Assembly: GCA_965209055.1 (NCBI GenBank) | Contig: OZ242374.1 | Coordinates: 5,248,001-5,312,000 of the forward strand | From: Acidobacteriota bacterium | GTDB lineage: Bacteria > Acidobacteriota > UBA6911 > RPQK01 > JAJDTT01 | Reading direction: 5' to 3' | DNA: 64,000 bases | Shown: positions 19,307-29,788 of the stretch, in pieces | How the letters are laid out: every line of letters starts with the position of its first letter | Position numbering within the stretch: position 1 is the first letter of the stretch | Notes under the pieces: model-generated | Databases searched by the model: none | The model's input: only the letters and a program-made list of their open reading frames with translations | Told to the model about the DNA's origin: nothing | Program-made: the position numbers and the translations under genes

Positions 19307-22075
19307 CCTCGGGGCACAAAGCGGTAGTTCGGGGCTCCATCCTCCTCAAAGAACTGAACCTCAATCTCCGCCTGCGCACCTTCAGAGGCAAGGCAGATTC
19401 GAAGCGGTCCGTCAAGGTCCGGGCTTACGATGCTGATGTCCACCTCACACAACTGGCATTCCTGTTCACCGATAGTGATGGTCCACGTATGTTCAAATTT
19501 CCGGTACATTTCCTCTGGCCAATCAACCCCGATGGGCATCTTGGATGGTCGCTCGGTGATGGTCCGTACCTCAAGCGTCCCCTTGAGCACCTCGTCAGGA
19601 TCGATGTCTTCGTTGAGCAGCTTGTCACCGACTCTTTTGCACCAAGCAACCAGATCACCCACATGGTCTCGCTTATGGGTCCAGATCCGACCCTTCTGGG
19701 AAGCGCCGATTGTCACGCGCTGACCGCCTTCGTATCCTGTCCCTACCAGCACAGACTTGCGCGCGCGTCCCCGATGGAGATCGCTGATCGCGGGCTCCAC
19801 GTCAGAACCCATCCTTCCCGTGTACCGAACGTTTCGGCCGAGTTGCTCGGTCAAGCCGACGTTTTGCAGGCGCAACCGGTTGACAGCCGCAAACGTGCGG
19901 AAGACCTGTTGGCCACGCACGAGAGCGACTTCCTTCCCGGCAATGGCCTGTGCAAGTGCTCTGTATTCACCCGCTTTCTCGGAGCTATGGATGAAGAGGA
20001 GATCCTGCTCCGGCGACCATACGACCACATAAAGCTCCCACTGCCAGCTAAATAGAGTCTCAACGTCCGTCCAGTCCAACGGTACACGCCGCGCGGCTAC
20101 CACAACCAGCGAATGATCCCTATGGTTGATCGTTTCGTGAACTTGTTCACAGTGCTGGATAGCAGGAAGGCCATTCCGGAACCTTTCGGGGGACCAGTTC
20201 TCGCACGTCGTGCGGTAGACCACCGCACTAATCGCGGGTCGAACTGTCTTCAGCGGGATCTCCTTAGTGAAGTCTGTAAATCCACAAAGGAAATCATGAA
20301 GGGATTGCTGCTCGCCGATCAAGCGATCGCTGAGTTCAGGGAGCAGCGCATTCCAGTCTGGATCACGTGTATACAGCTTCCGCAATTCATCTCGAACGTC
20401 TACGTCTGCGGTATTTGCGATGAATGTCGCGTCCCCGAGGTCTGGACGTGACCGAGTAAAGCGACCCGCCAGCTGAAGAGTGACCGCGAGTGACTTGCGA
20501 ATGTCATGGAATGCCGCAATCTTGAGTTCCGGTAAGTCAAACCCCTCGCCTAGCATGTCCACGCACACAACAACTCGCGATTCTCCGGTCAGGAGTTGTT
20601 TGCGAATGGCCGCTCGCTCGCGAATTGATTTGATCCCCGTGTGGAGTTGCACCGGCTTGAACTCAAGATATTTATTGTAGACTTTGAAAACCTCTTCGGC
20701 ACGCGCAACACTCTGGACCCGTGCCATGAGAATATGGCCTTTTGCCGCGTCCCTTCGAAGTTGCGCAACAGCCTTTTCTGCAATCGCAACGTCAGATCGC
20801 GTCTGGTTGAACTCGATCACTGGATGAAAGTGGATCTGCTTGAAGTAGCCCTCCTGCTGCGCCTTCCTGAGTGGATAGTTAAAGATGATCTCACCGTCGA
20901 GCGGTTTACCGTCCTCGCGGAACGGCGTGGCAGTAAATTGAAGTACTTTTCGATCTTTGAAACGCGCCTTGAAAGTGCTCCACGTGGGTGCCTCAGCGTG
21001 ATGCGCTTCGTCGATGAACAGGTAGGGGCAGAGAGCTGCCATCCGGTTCTGGACGGCGGGCGTGCACCGGCCCGCGATCGTGCTCGTCGTGACGACTACC
21101 TGGGAGTGGGCAAACAGGTCGTCCACGTCGCGAACTTCACGCGGGATGTGGCGCAACATGGCGACGATCGGATATTTGGCGTTCCCATCCAGCACTCCGC
21201 AACTAGGCTCCTTTAGTACGCCAAGCGTAAGGAACTTTTCGGTGATCTGAGCCCTTAGAGCGTCCGTCGGGACAACGACAAGCAGCCTCTCGCATCGGGC
21301 CGAGACGAGTATCGAAAGCATCGTCTCGGTTTTTCCCGTACCTGTGGGCATCACAATCGTTCCAGGCGAGTCAGTGACGGCCCAGTGGGCGTGGACTGCA
21401 TGGACGGCACCTATTTGGGGACCCCTGAGACCCAGGGTGCCCCTGCTCAGATCCTCCTGCACATACCTGAATGCGCCGATCCAAGAGTCCAACACCTCTT
21501 GGATAGCCCTAGTGTGGTCATAACCCTCGGGTGTTAGCAACGGATGCCTTAACCACTTGCCTTGCCGCAAATCGACAGTCCCGGCCGGATTTCCAACCGC
21601 AGACTTGATGATGCGGTTGTGGTGGTTAGGCACCGCCACAGCCTTGGGGATCACCAGGGTTTCTTCACCGTTGGCATCCGCGCGAAACAAGAAACCCTTG
21701 GTGCGATTCAAGGTAAACGGGATGAGGGTTCCCTCCGAGTTGTCCGTACGGAGACCGATCTGGCGGACTAGACTATTGCATCTGCGTTCGTCGAGCGCTA
21801 AAACGTGCGGCAAATTGACTCGCATGAGAATAGTGCATTCGGCGCTGGTCGCAAGACGATTCGGATTTATGTGTACTCTCTGCTACACGAGGTGACCGGG
21901 AGTTTGACGTCGTTGCATGGGTCTTACAGTTTTTGTCAATAACTCCTTCAGAGTCGCTGGATCCGTCACTAGTTCACGGCAATGCTAGCATTCAGAAAGA
22001 AAGTTGGTGAGCGAAATTGGGCTCTTACGACGGACAGCTAGCTCTGCGCTCACGCCAATGAAGCGATTCAAGAAT

Positions 22076-22720
22076 TTATCGGTCAGCATAACTACCGCTT
22101 GTCAATAGCTTATCGAGAGTAGCCAACAATCTGGGTCCAACATCTAGTGCCCATTGCGCGGATTGTAGGTCGGCCATCGCGCCGTGTGCTGCGGAATTTA
22201 GAAGCCCAACCATGTCCTCTAGGACACTACGCTGCTTGTGCGTTAGAATCCCGTGGTTCCCCAGTAGTCGAAGCAAACGACCTATACTCAGCTTTGTGTT
22301 GCCAATACCAGCACTTTCCGCCAAACTGCCCAACCGTCTCTCGATTTCAATCCGCAATCCGGCGAGCGCTAAATTTGCATCTTCGTCAGCAACTACCTGG
22401 AAAGAGTATTCATGAGATGGGGCAGGGTCAGGAGATTCGTCTAGCAGACCGGCCTCAGCAGCACGCTGCTCGGTGGCTTGCAGTTCCTGAAATTCGATCT
22501 TCACACCGCCGGGAAGCTCGATCCGCTTAAACAGGGGCAGTAGCCACGGAATGGCGGCCGCCGCCAGCAAAATCAGCGTTATGGCATCAATTTTGAGATC
22601 TGGCCAAAGGAGATGAACTCCGGCCAAAACAAGTGAAAAAATCGTAATTAGGACTTGCGTCTTGCGCTGAGACGTCACGGCACTTTTCTCTATATGTGAA
22701 CGGGCGCTGCTATTTAGCAT
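22076..22720 (-). CDS. Two-TM membrane protein with degenerate HEPN-like C-terminal domain
   Basis: Two N-terminal TM helices, then LRIEIERRL...GLLNSAAHG (LNxxxH in place of RNxxxH). Confidence 0.65.
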   Translation of the reverse strand: MLNSSARSHIEKSAVTSQRKTQVLITIFSLVLAGVHLLWPDLKIDAITLILLAAAAIPWLLPLFKRIELPGGVKIEFQELQATEQRAAEAGLLDESPDPAPSHEYSFQVVADEDANLALAGLRIEIERRLGSLAESAGIGNTKLSIGRLLRLLGNHGILTHKQRSVLEDMVGLLNSAAHGAMADLQSAQWALDVGPRLLATLDKLLTSGSYADR

Positions 22721-22814
22721 CTGGTGGCCCGAAAAGAATGCGAACCCGAATTGGCAATCTCCACGATAGAAAAACTGATCGCTTGCCTGGAACGAACTGG
22801 CGGCAATTTAACTA

Positions 22815-23960
22815 GTTCCCACCCGGAAATCCGTAAGTTATTGAAAAATAAGGAGTAAGGAGGCATTTTCAAGCCCCGGTTTTGTCATAGTCTTTTGCTA
22901 GCCCATTGGTACCAAACAAAAGAAAACAAACGACTTACACAATACCGAGGGCTTGAACAATGCGTCGAAAACGGGAAAATCAGCGTCCGCTCTCCGGGCT
23001 TTGGCCCGATTACCGACTCGCCCGGGAACTGAGAGCCGTTTCCAAGATCTTGGACGAAAACCCCTCGATCCTAGATCCATTTCTACACGATCTGTGTGAC
23101 ACCGACAGCTACGGCCAGGGAGCTCCCGGGCTCTCCGCGGAGCAGACCCTGCGCGCGGCCATCCTCAAACAATGTCAGCAACTGACCTACACCCGGTTGG
23201 CGTTCCTCCTGAACGACTCTCAGTGCTATCGCCGCTTTGCTCGTCTTTCGTTTTGTTGGACTCCCAGTGCCTCCTGCCTCCAGGAGAACATCAGCCGCAT
23301 CCAAGCCAGCTCCTGGCAGCAGATCAACCGGCTCTTGGTGTAATGGTCCAATGGCCAGGGGCTGGCACGGGGCCGGCAGATTCGAGTCGACGCCACGACC
23401 GTGGAAAGTCCCATCCCCTATCCGACCGATTCCCAGTTGTTCTGCGACTCGGTTCGAGTCCTTACCCGGCTGCTTCGCCAGCTGGCCCACCATCACAAGA
23501 TCGTCTTGCACGATCACCGGCGCCGGGCCAAGCGGCGGTGTCTGGAGATCAAGAACCTTCGAGGAAAGCGTCGGCTGCGAGCCTATCGGGATCTGCTGAA
23601 GGTCGCTCGCAAGTCCGCTCATTACACCACGATGGCCCTGCAGCAAGCGGACTCGTGGAAGGACCTTCCCAGTCAGGTCATGGCGAGAAAGTTACGCCAT
23701 TTCTTGGACTTGACGGCCAGGATCATCGCTCAGACCGAGCGCCGAGTCCTGCGGGGGGAGACGGTTCCGGCCGACGAGAAGGTTCTCTCCTTGTTCGAGG
23801 AACACACCGACATCATCAAAAAGAAGCGCCGGGAAACGGTCTTTGGACACAAGCTGTTTCTGGCCGGTGGCGCCTCCGGCCTGATGCTGGATGCGGAGGT
23901 CATGCGGGGAAACCCCAACGATGCCGCTCATTTCGCGCCCTGGCTCCAGCGCCAGCACAA
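22815..23960 (+). mobile_element. ISNCY/IS5-like insertion sequence, copy 2 (truncated pseudogene)
   Basis: Left end and transposase are homologous to copy 1. CAA>TAA stop at 23341-23343; homology ends near 23958. Confidence 0.85.
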
Positions 23961-24031
23961 GTTTCTGCTGAGCGAGGGTTTGAGATGTGATTGGCAGTCA
24001 GGTGATGCCTACATTATGAGCCGTCCAACCA

Positions 24032-24320
24032 TCACTTCTCGCTGAGCCGGTGCCAGAGTTCCCTGACAAAGGGTGACACCTGATGCTTGGTATACATGAT
24101 GTGTATTGCGCGCTTGACACGTGTGAATCCGACGTAGAATAGACGACGTGCTTCAAGTAGGCGGGCTCCGGTAACCCCACGTCGTGGCACAAGACCGGCA
24201 TCCATGCCAAAGAGCACCACCAAGTCAAATTCGCGACCCTTGGAGCTGTGGAGGGTAGATAGGTTCAGACGGTCTCCACTGTCTCCCAGGCCGGAGAACT
24301 GACCGAGGGTCATTTCCGCG
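24032..24320 (-). pseudogene. UvrD/REP-like SF1 helicase C-terminal fragment
   Basis: LSTLHSSKGREFDLVVL and EARRLFYVGFTRVK (motifs V/VI); the N-terminal domains are missing. Confidence 0.8.
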
Positions 24321-24321
24321 A

Positions 24322-24359
24322 GATCCGGGGGCGCCGGGTGCACCCGGCGCCCCCGGATC
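24322..24359. repeat. Perfect 38-bp palindrome
   Basis: GATCCGGGGGCGCCGGGTG|CACCCGGCGCCCCCGGATC with no spacer. Confidence 0.95.
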
Positions 24360-24451
24360 GCTGGCCATGATTCCCGTCGGGTCGGAGTCCTCGGGAAACC
24401 AACAGGGAGAACAGAGAACCTCTGGAGTATTGAAGCTATTTTTTGCCCCGT

Positions 24452-24504
24452 GGTGGGTCACTTTTGCGTGATCACGCCGGGTCACTTTTCCAAAGACGTT
24501 TCCA
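24452..24504 (+). mobile_element. Possible IS21-type terminal remnant
   Basis: Tandem GGGTCACTTTT boxes about 24 bp apart, resembling IS21 subterminal repeats. No istA/istB nearby. Confidence 0.35.
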
Positions 24505-24793
24505 AATGAATAAGTCGGCAAATGAGACGAATGAGACTTTGTATCTCTGCCCTTTCAGTGTCTAGGAGTTCTATCTTGGGATTTTCAACCCTCGAATTGC
24601 TCTCGACCAAGGGATTTCGAGATTGGCTTGAGATGGATGTCGGCACAGTGCACGGTACGGCCCACGCATTTGATGATGAGGGTTTTCAAGGGATCGGGAA
24701 TTCTATGGACCTAGTCTTCCCTTGAAGAGGTTTTTCGACTCGCTCAGGAGGGCCAGCAGAGTTCGATAGTCCATCCGATTCATCGGGCTCCTT

Positions 24794-25198
24794 TCAGTGC
24801 AGCGTTACCTCGTCGCCGCTAAAGAGACCGGATGCCCCCGTGGCGATCTTGATGCCTTCCCACTCGACATGCACCTTGACATAATCGATTCCCCAAGCTC
24901 GCTTCCATCCCTTCATTAAGTCCAGAATCAGGCGCTTGCCCTCGAACCGATCACGCGTAATGGCGATCCGCGTGTTCCGGTCCACGCTGATCCACAGTAC
25001 CGTCCCGACTGCATGCACCCCTTTTATGTACGGGCGGGCCGCCTTCTTGAAAGTGATGTCGCAAAACTTCCGGATCCTTTGCAGATCCTCCGAACTAATT
25101 CCGCTTATTTGTCCACAAGTGGGATGAACGTCTTGTGGGACACTCGCGAGCCCGGAACTCATAACGAACCCTGCCACCAACCACCACTTGGGTTTCAT
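24794..25198 (-). CDS. Secreted hypothetical protein
   Basis: GGAGG RBS and signal peptide MKPKWWLVAGFVMSSGLAS; 134 aa. Confidence 0.7.
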   Translation of the reverse strand: MKPKWWLVAGFVMSSGLASVPQDVHPTCGQISGISSEDLQRIRKFCDITFKKAARPYIKGVHAVGTVLWISVDRNTRIAITRDRFEGKRLILDLMKGWKRAWGIDYVKVHVEWEGIKIATGASGLFSGDEVTLH

Positions 25199-25389
25199 TT
25201 TTTCCTCCGATTTACAGAATGAGGTAGTGGAAAGAACGGGAGAAAGAGTGTCACCGTAAAATATGTAACTCTTTTATGGTAAATGGGTTATAGAGATTAC
25301 GGAATCAGTCCTCCGATATGCAGATCCGGTCGAATGCCGTGACGATTTTTTCCCACGGGCTGCTATCCAGCCGTGCGCCCAAGCCAGGA

Positions 25390-25809
25390 TCAAGCGAACG
25401 TGAGGATTCCCAGGGCCGCCATCCCGATTACGATCCCGGCCACCCCGTAGACGGAAACACGTTCCTTAAAGAAGAGAATGCCGGCCAGGACGACAAAAAA
25501 CAGCCCGCCTCCCGGCGCCACTTGAAAGACGACGAACCCGGGGATTCCGTGGTCCAGGGACAATGCCATTCCCAGTTGCCCCAGCACAGCGCTGGAGGCC
25601 AATCCGATGCCAACGAGAACCTCTTGCTTGGTGAAGCGGCGATTCTTGGAGAAAAAGATGGCCGCCGAAAGGATGAATCCAGCCCAAAACCAGAGCATCA
25701 GGTAGGGGAACTTGAATGTCTCGGATAGCCCCATCCCGGACATGATCCTCAGTCCGAAGGCTCCCAACCCATTGGTCACGAAGCAGATCAGCATCATGCG
25801 GAGCCACAT
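25390..25809 (-). CDS. EamA/DMT-family half transporter
   Basis: About five TM segments; GILFFKERVSVYGVAGIVIG. Confidence 0.8.
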   Translation of the reverse strand: MWLRMMLICFVTNGLGAFGLRIMSGMGLSETFKFPYLMLWFWAGFILSAAIFFSKNRRFTKQEVLVGIGLASSAVLGQLGMALSLDHGIPGFVVFQVAPGGGLFFVVLAGILFFKERVSVYGVAGIVIGMAALGILTFA

Positions 25810-25812
25810 GGG

Positions 25813-26316
25813 TCAATTCCCTTTCGGCGAACTGGAGGCTGCGGCGGCCGGTTCGAGGCCGGCGGCGGCCGCTTCGTCGATTTGCTTGTCCTTCCAGAGC
25901 AGGAGAACAGCGGCAACGACCAGAATGAGCCCGACGATCTTCCAGGGGCTGACGGGTTCCTTGTAGATCACGATCGAGAGAATTGTGGGAAGCGACGTCG
26001 ACAGGTTGATGACAACCCAGCTCGTGGCAATTTTTCCCTTCCCATAGCGCAACCCGGCTTGGAAAGCCAGGATCGCCGCGGCCGCCAGGAAACCGCATAC
26101 TGCGGCCACCAAGTAAAGCATCCCGGGCGTTTCCGTAACCAGAGGGGCCTTCCCCGTAGCGAAGAGGTAAACAGTCGTAAAGAGTCCCGCCCAAAAGAAA
26201 ATGCTCACCGAGATCGCCCGGGGACGGCACCGATACTGATCCGCCACTTTATGGAAGATGCCGATCAGTCCGAGAGCCACCAGGGCCATGCCCAGGAACA
26301 AATGCCCCAAATGCAA
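25813..26316 (-). CDS. EamA/DMT-family half transporter
   Basis: About five TM segments; GKIATSWVVINLS...YKEPVSPWKIVGLIL. Confidence 0.82.
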   Translation of the reverse strand: MHLGHLFLGMALVALGLIGIFHKVADQYRCRPRAISVSIFFWAGLFTTVYLFATGKAPLVTETPGMLYLVAAVCGFLAAAAILAFQAGLRYGKGKIATSWVVINLSTSLPTILSIVIYKEPVSPWKIVGLILVVAAVLLLWKDKQIDEAAAAGLEPAAAASSSPKGN

Positions 26317-26389
26317 GTTTCGATTCCTCCAGATGTTTCCTTAGGAAACGTCAGCGGTTTTCAGTGGGCGCTCCCACGTAACTGTGCGC

Positions 26390-26418
26390 AATATAGTCCG
26401 GGAAGATTGTGAAGTCCA
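26390..26418 (-). promoter_or_regulatory. Putative sigma70-type promoter (shared cassette)
   Basis: TGGACT-tcacaatcttcccggac(17)-TATATT upstream of the EamA pair. Confidence 0.65.
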
Positions 26419-26464
26419 TTCCAGCACCGTCCGGGACTTTCCCCGTTTTTCCGGTGTTTCGGGT

Positions 26465-26553
26465 GTAGGGGCACCCCTTGTGTGTGGGTGCCCTCTTTCG
26501 TTCCCGCATCGATCGACGGCCCGGGGAGGGCGACACACAAGGGTCACCCGTAC
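26465..26553. repeat. GTAG-type REP doublet (second REP family)
   Basis: GTAGGGGCACCCCTTGTGTGTGGGTGCCC ... GGGCGACACACAAGGGTCACCCGTAC as an inverted pair. Confidence 0.7.
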
Positions 26554-26574
26554 TTCTAAGTTCTAAGAAAAACG

Positions 26575-26705
26575 AGGGACGATTTCCAATCGCCCAGACT
26601 TCGTCTCCAAGTTTGTCAGTCAGGAGTTCGGCGATTGGAAATCGCCGCTCCTTTCCTTTTTCTGCCGGGCGTCCGCCGGACCGGGCCGGTGGGAGAGCTT
26701 CTGAG
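26575..26705. repeat. REP doublet with extension, overlapping the CRTAC1 3' end
   Basis: Same family as 3851-4150 (GATTTCCAATCGCCC...GGCGATTGGAAATCGCCGCTCC, then CCGGGCGTCCGCCGGACCGGGCCGGTGGG). Confidence 0.88.
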
Positions 26706-28386
26706 AGGAACCATGAGAGCCCTCTATGACCTGGAGACGCTGATTGGCCCGAATTCCCGTCAGTGTATCCACGGTGCCGGATGGCCATCGGATCGTCAGC
26801 TCATCCACTTCGCTCCCTTCTCCCAGCCCCAGGTGCACCCAATAGGGCGAGGCTGAAAGATAGCTGGCCCCGCCCAGCACCTGTGTTCGAAACCGCTCCT
26901 CTCCGACCCGCGACTCGATCCTTGCGCCGATCCCATTCGAGTTGGACTCGACTCCCTTCAGGCGAACTTCCAGCCAATTCTTTCCATTCCCGTGGTCGTT
27001 GGACAAGAGCATGGGACCCTGGCCGCAATTGCTGACCACGGCGTCGAGATCCCCGTCCTGATCGAAGTCACCCACGGCCAGACCGCGGCTCACCTGGGGT
27101 CCCGACAAGGGATCTCCCGGCTTGCCTGCCTGGTTGACGAATCGCCCGTCCCGATTCTCGAACAGCAGCTTGGGCTGAGCGTAGGATGATCCTGGCCGGA
27201 TCTGAACGATGTTGTCGATGATGTGTCCGTTGACAGCCAGGATATCCAGGTCGCTGTCGTTGTCGAAATCGAGGAATCGAACACCGAAACCCACCAGATT
27301 CCGGGACGCCAGTTTGACTTCGAAGAGGGCCGCGACCTCCTCGAAGAAAGACTCGTGATTCAGGTAAAGGGCAAGATACTCAACGTCCAGATTGGTGACC
27401 GCAATATCGGGCAAGCCGTCTCCGTTGAAGTCGGCCATATCGGTTCCCATGCCGGCCTGGGGCGCCCCGTTCTCATCGAAAGCCACACCCATATTGAGGC
27501 CGATCTCATCGAACGCACCGTTCCCGAGATTCCTGAACAGGTAGTTCCCCTGGGAATCGTTCGCGACGTAGATGTCGATCCATCCATCCCAGTCGAAGTC
27601 CCCGGCGACGACTCCCAGGCTCTTGCCGGCATATCGGGCGATTCCCGCCTGCTCGCTGATATCGGTGAAGGTGCCGTTTCCGTTGTTCCGGTAGAGCAGG
27701 TCCGGGAGCCCGTCGTAGACCTTGGGCGAGCAATAGGTTCGAATGCCCTTCTCCAGCCACGGTCCACAAACGCGATTGTTGCCGAAGTTGTGGTCGAGGT
27801 ACCTGGTGACATAGAGATCCAGGTCCCCGTCGTTGTCGAAGTCCAGGAATGTCGCGCTTGCCGACCAGCGCCCGTCCCCTGCCACTCCGGCTGGGTCGGT
27901 TCGGTCTTCAAACGTCCCGTCCCCCTGATTCGCATACAGGACATTGCGTCCTTCGAAGTTGGTGATCAGGAGGTCGTCGTCCCCGTCGCCGTCGTAGTCC
28001 GCCACCGCAGCTCCTTGTCCATAGCCCTGGCTGTCCTTGATTCCCGAGACGCTGGTCTGGTCGCGGAATCGCCCCTCCCCCAGGTTCCGGTAGAGTGCGT
28101 GCCGGACGGGTGAAGGATCGGTCACACCCGGAACGCGTCCGCCATTGACAAAGAAGATGTCCAGCCGGCCGTCCCCGTCGTAGTCGAAGAGCGCCACGCC
28201 GGAGCCCATCGTCTCAACCAGGTACTTCTCGGGACTGGCGGAGTTCACATGTCGAAAGCGGATTCCAGCGCGCTCGGTGATATCTGAAAAATAGGCGTTT
28301 GGGGAAGACTGGGAAGCTGGCGCACCAGCGGTAACGACCAACAGGTTCGTCCAGATGAATGCGTTTCGCCCAACGGCAATCCTCAA
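26620..28386 (-). CDS. CRTAC1-family protein (FG-GAP + ASPIC/UnbV), paralogue 2
   Basis: ETMGSGVALFDYDGDGRLDIF, repeated DFDNDGDLDL motifs, and SNSNGIGARI...GGASYLS..HLGLG..WPSG. Confidence 0.92.
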   Translation of the reverse strand: MRIAVGRNAFIWTNLLVVTAGAPASQSSPNAYFSDITERAGIRFRHVNSASPEKYLVETMGSGVALFDYDGDGRLDIFFVNGGRVPGVTDPSPVRHALYRNLGEGRFRDQTSVSGIKDSQGYGQGAAVADYDGDGDDDLLITNFEGRNVLYANQGDGTFEDRTDPAGVAGDGRWSASATFLDFDNDGDLDLYVTRYLDHNFGNNRVCGPWLEKGIRTYCSPKVYDGLPDLLYRNNGNGTFTDISEQAGIARYAGKSLGVVAGDFDWDGWIDIYVANDSQGNYLFRNLGNGAFDEIGLNMGVAFDENGAPQAGMGTDMADFNGDGLPDIAVTNLDVEYLALYLNHESFFEEVAALFEVKLASRNLVGFGVRFLDFDNDSDLDILAVNGHIIDNIVQIRPGSSYAQPKLLFENRDGRFVNQAGKPGDPLSGPQVSRGLAVGDFDQDGDLDAVVSNCGQGPMLLSNDHGNGKNWLEVRLKGVESNSNGIGARIESRVGEERFRTQVLGGASYLSASPYWVHLGLGEGSEVDELTIRWPSGTVDTLTGIRANQRLQVIEGSHGSSQKLSHRPGPADARQKKERSGDFQSPNS

Positions 28387-29765
28387 TTTGGACTCGATCC
28401 CGTGGACAGGAGTTGCTCAAAAATCTGTCTCTGGCGCGCGGCTTCCTGCACTCTTCCCAATCGTTGGAGAACCGATGAGAGGTTGAGGTGAAACAGGGCG
28501 TTCCTGGAGTCGAGCTGGATCGCTCTCTCGTAGGCGGCCCGCGCCTCCTCGAATGCATTGGCCGAAAAATGGAGGTTTCCCAACTGGTTATGGAGCGATC
28601 CGTTGGACGGCTCCAAGCTGACAGCCTGGCTGAGAGCTTCGATGGCCTCGGCGGTTCTCTGCACGCTTTGCAGGATGTCGGCGAGAGAACGATAGTAGGC
28701 TGCGCTGTACGGTCTGGCTTCTATGGCTTTTTGCAGCGCAGCGATGGCGCCCCCGGAGTCCCCCTTCAGCGCGAGCACTTGAGCGATCCCGTAGTGACAG
28801 ATGTCCTGATTGGGATGTGGTCCCAGTGCCTCCCGGAATGCTTCCAGAGCAGGTTCCAGCCTTCTCTCCTGCAGAAGTTTCATGCCTTTCTGGTAGAGGC
28901 TCTGACTTCTGGCAATCTCTTCGTTCAGTCGGCTGGTCTGTTCTTGCAGCTCTCGATAACGTTCGAGGGCCTCACCGGACTCTCTGAAGGCGCCGGACCT
29001 CCTGTAGGCGCGGCTGAGAAGATAGTAGGCCTCCGGAGCCAACCGGTTTAGTTCGACAGCCTTCTCCAGGTGCCGGAGAGCGGTACCGATTTGGTTCCGT
29101 TTCAGGTGAAGAGCTCCCAATTGCAGGTGGAGCTTGAAGTTTCCCAATCCCAGAGCTTGAGCTCGCTCCAGGGAACGCAGGCCCTGTTCGAAAGTGGATT
29201 TCTCCTGACTGTAGTAAGTCCCAAGTTCCAGGTGTGCGTGGGCGAGTTCGGAATTAAATTCAATCGCCTTGCGAAGCCGTGCTTCGCCTTGAGTCTCGTC
29301 ATTGATGGCCAAACGATTTCTTCCGGACACGTACCACGCCTCGGCATTTTGCGGGTCCGATTCCATGATTCGTTCTGCGATCTCTTCTGATCGAGCGTGT
29401 TCCCCCTTCTCGCCCAGGACATAGGCCAGCGTGAGCTGCGCTGCCGGGCAATCCGGCGCCAGGGTGGAGCAGGCCGCGGCGTTCTCCTCCGCAGCGCCTG
29501 GTTCATTGAGCCGGAGGTAGATCCTTGCCACGTAGAGGCAATAGGGCCACTGCCGGCCCGAAGAAGCCGCCTTCAGATAGGCCGACAGGGCATTCCTGTA
29601 GTCGCCTCGGCTTTCCAGTGACTTGGCAGATTCGAAGTGAACTTGACCCGGCCCCTCCGAGACCGGCCTTGCGCAAACATACGTCAACCAAGGCATCTCG
29701 TCGGGCTGTTGCGGCTGCGAGGAAATCGTGCTGACCGCAACCAGGAGCAGGTGCAGGCTAATCAT
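28383..29765 (-). CDS. Secreted tetratricopeptide repeat protein
   Basis: Signal peptide and TPR repeats (AHLELGTYY, AYYLLSRAY, LHNQLGNLHF). Its stop overlaps the CRTAC1 start. Confidence 0.88.
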   Translation of the reverse strand: MISLHLLLVAVSTISSQPQQPDEMPWLTYVCARPVSEGPGQVHFESAKSLESRGDYRNALSAYLKAASSGRQWPYCLYVARIYLRLNEPGAAEENAAACSTLAPDCPAAQLTLAYVLGEKGEHARSEEIAERIMESDPQNAEAWYVSGRNRLAINDETQGEARLRKAIEFNSELAHAHLELGTYYSQEKSTFEQGLRSLERAQALGLGNFKLHLQLGALHLKRNQIGTALRHLEKAVELNRLAPEAYYLLSRAYRRSGAFRESGEALERYRELQEQTSRLNEEIARSQSLYQKGMKLLQERRLEPALEAFREALGPHPNQDICHYGIAQVLALKGDSGGAIAALQKAIEARPYSAAYYRSLADILQSVQRTAEAIEALSQAVSLEPSNGSLHNQLGNLHFSANAFEEARAAYERAIQLDSRNALFHLNLSSVLQRLGRVQEAARQRQIFEQLLSTGSSPN

Positions 29766-29788
29766 GGTCCGGTGAGGTCTCCGCCCAG

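Larger units (their letters stand above)
16901..21825 (-). pseudogene. SF2 (ResIII-like) helicase + C-terminal PD-(D/E)XK-like nuclease, interrupted by IS3
   Basis: N-part: MPTGTGKT, IDEAHH, FTATP, DMLGEGFD, QLAGRFTR. C-part: DDDGKGEAADVV...FHCKFS...YEVCGQAQKS. Removing the IS and one CCT joins FVPRG to DTTAELF in frame, giving 1092 aa. Confidence 0.88.
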
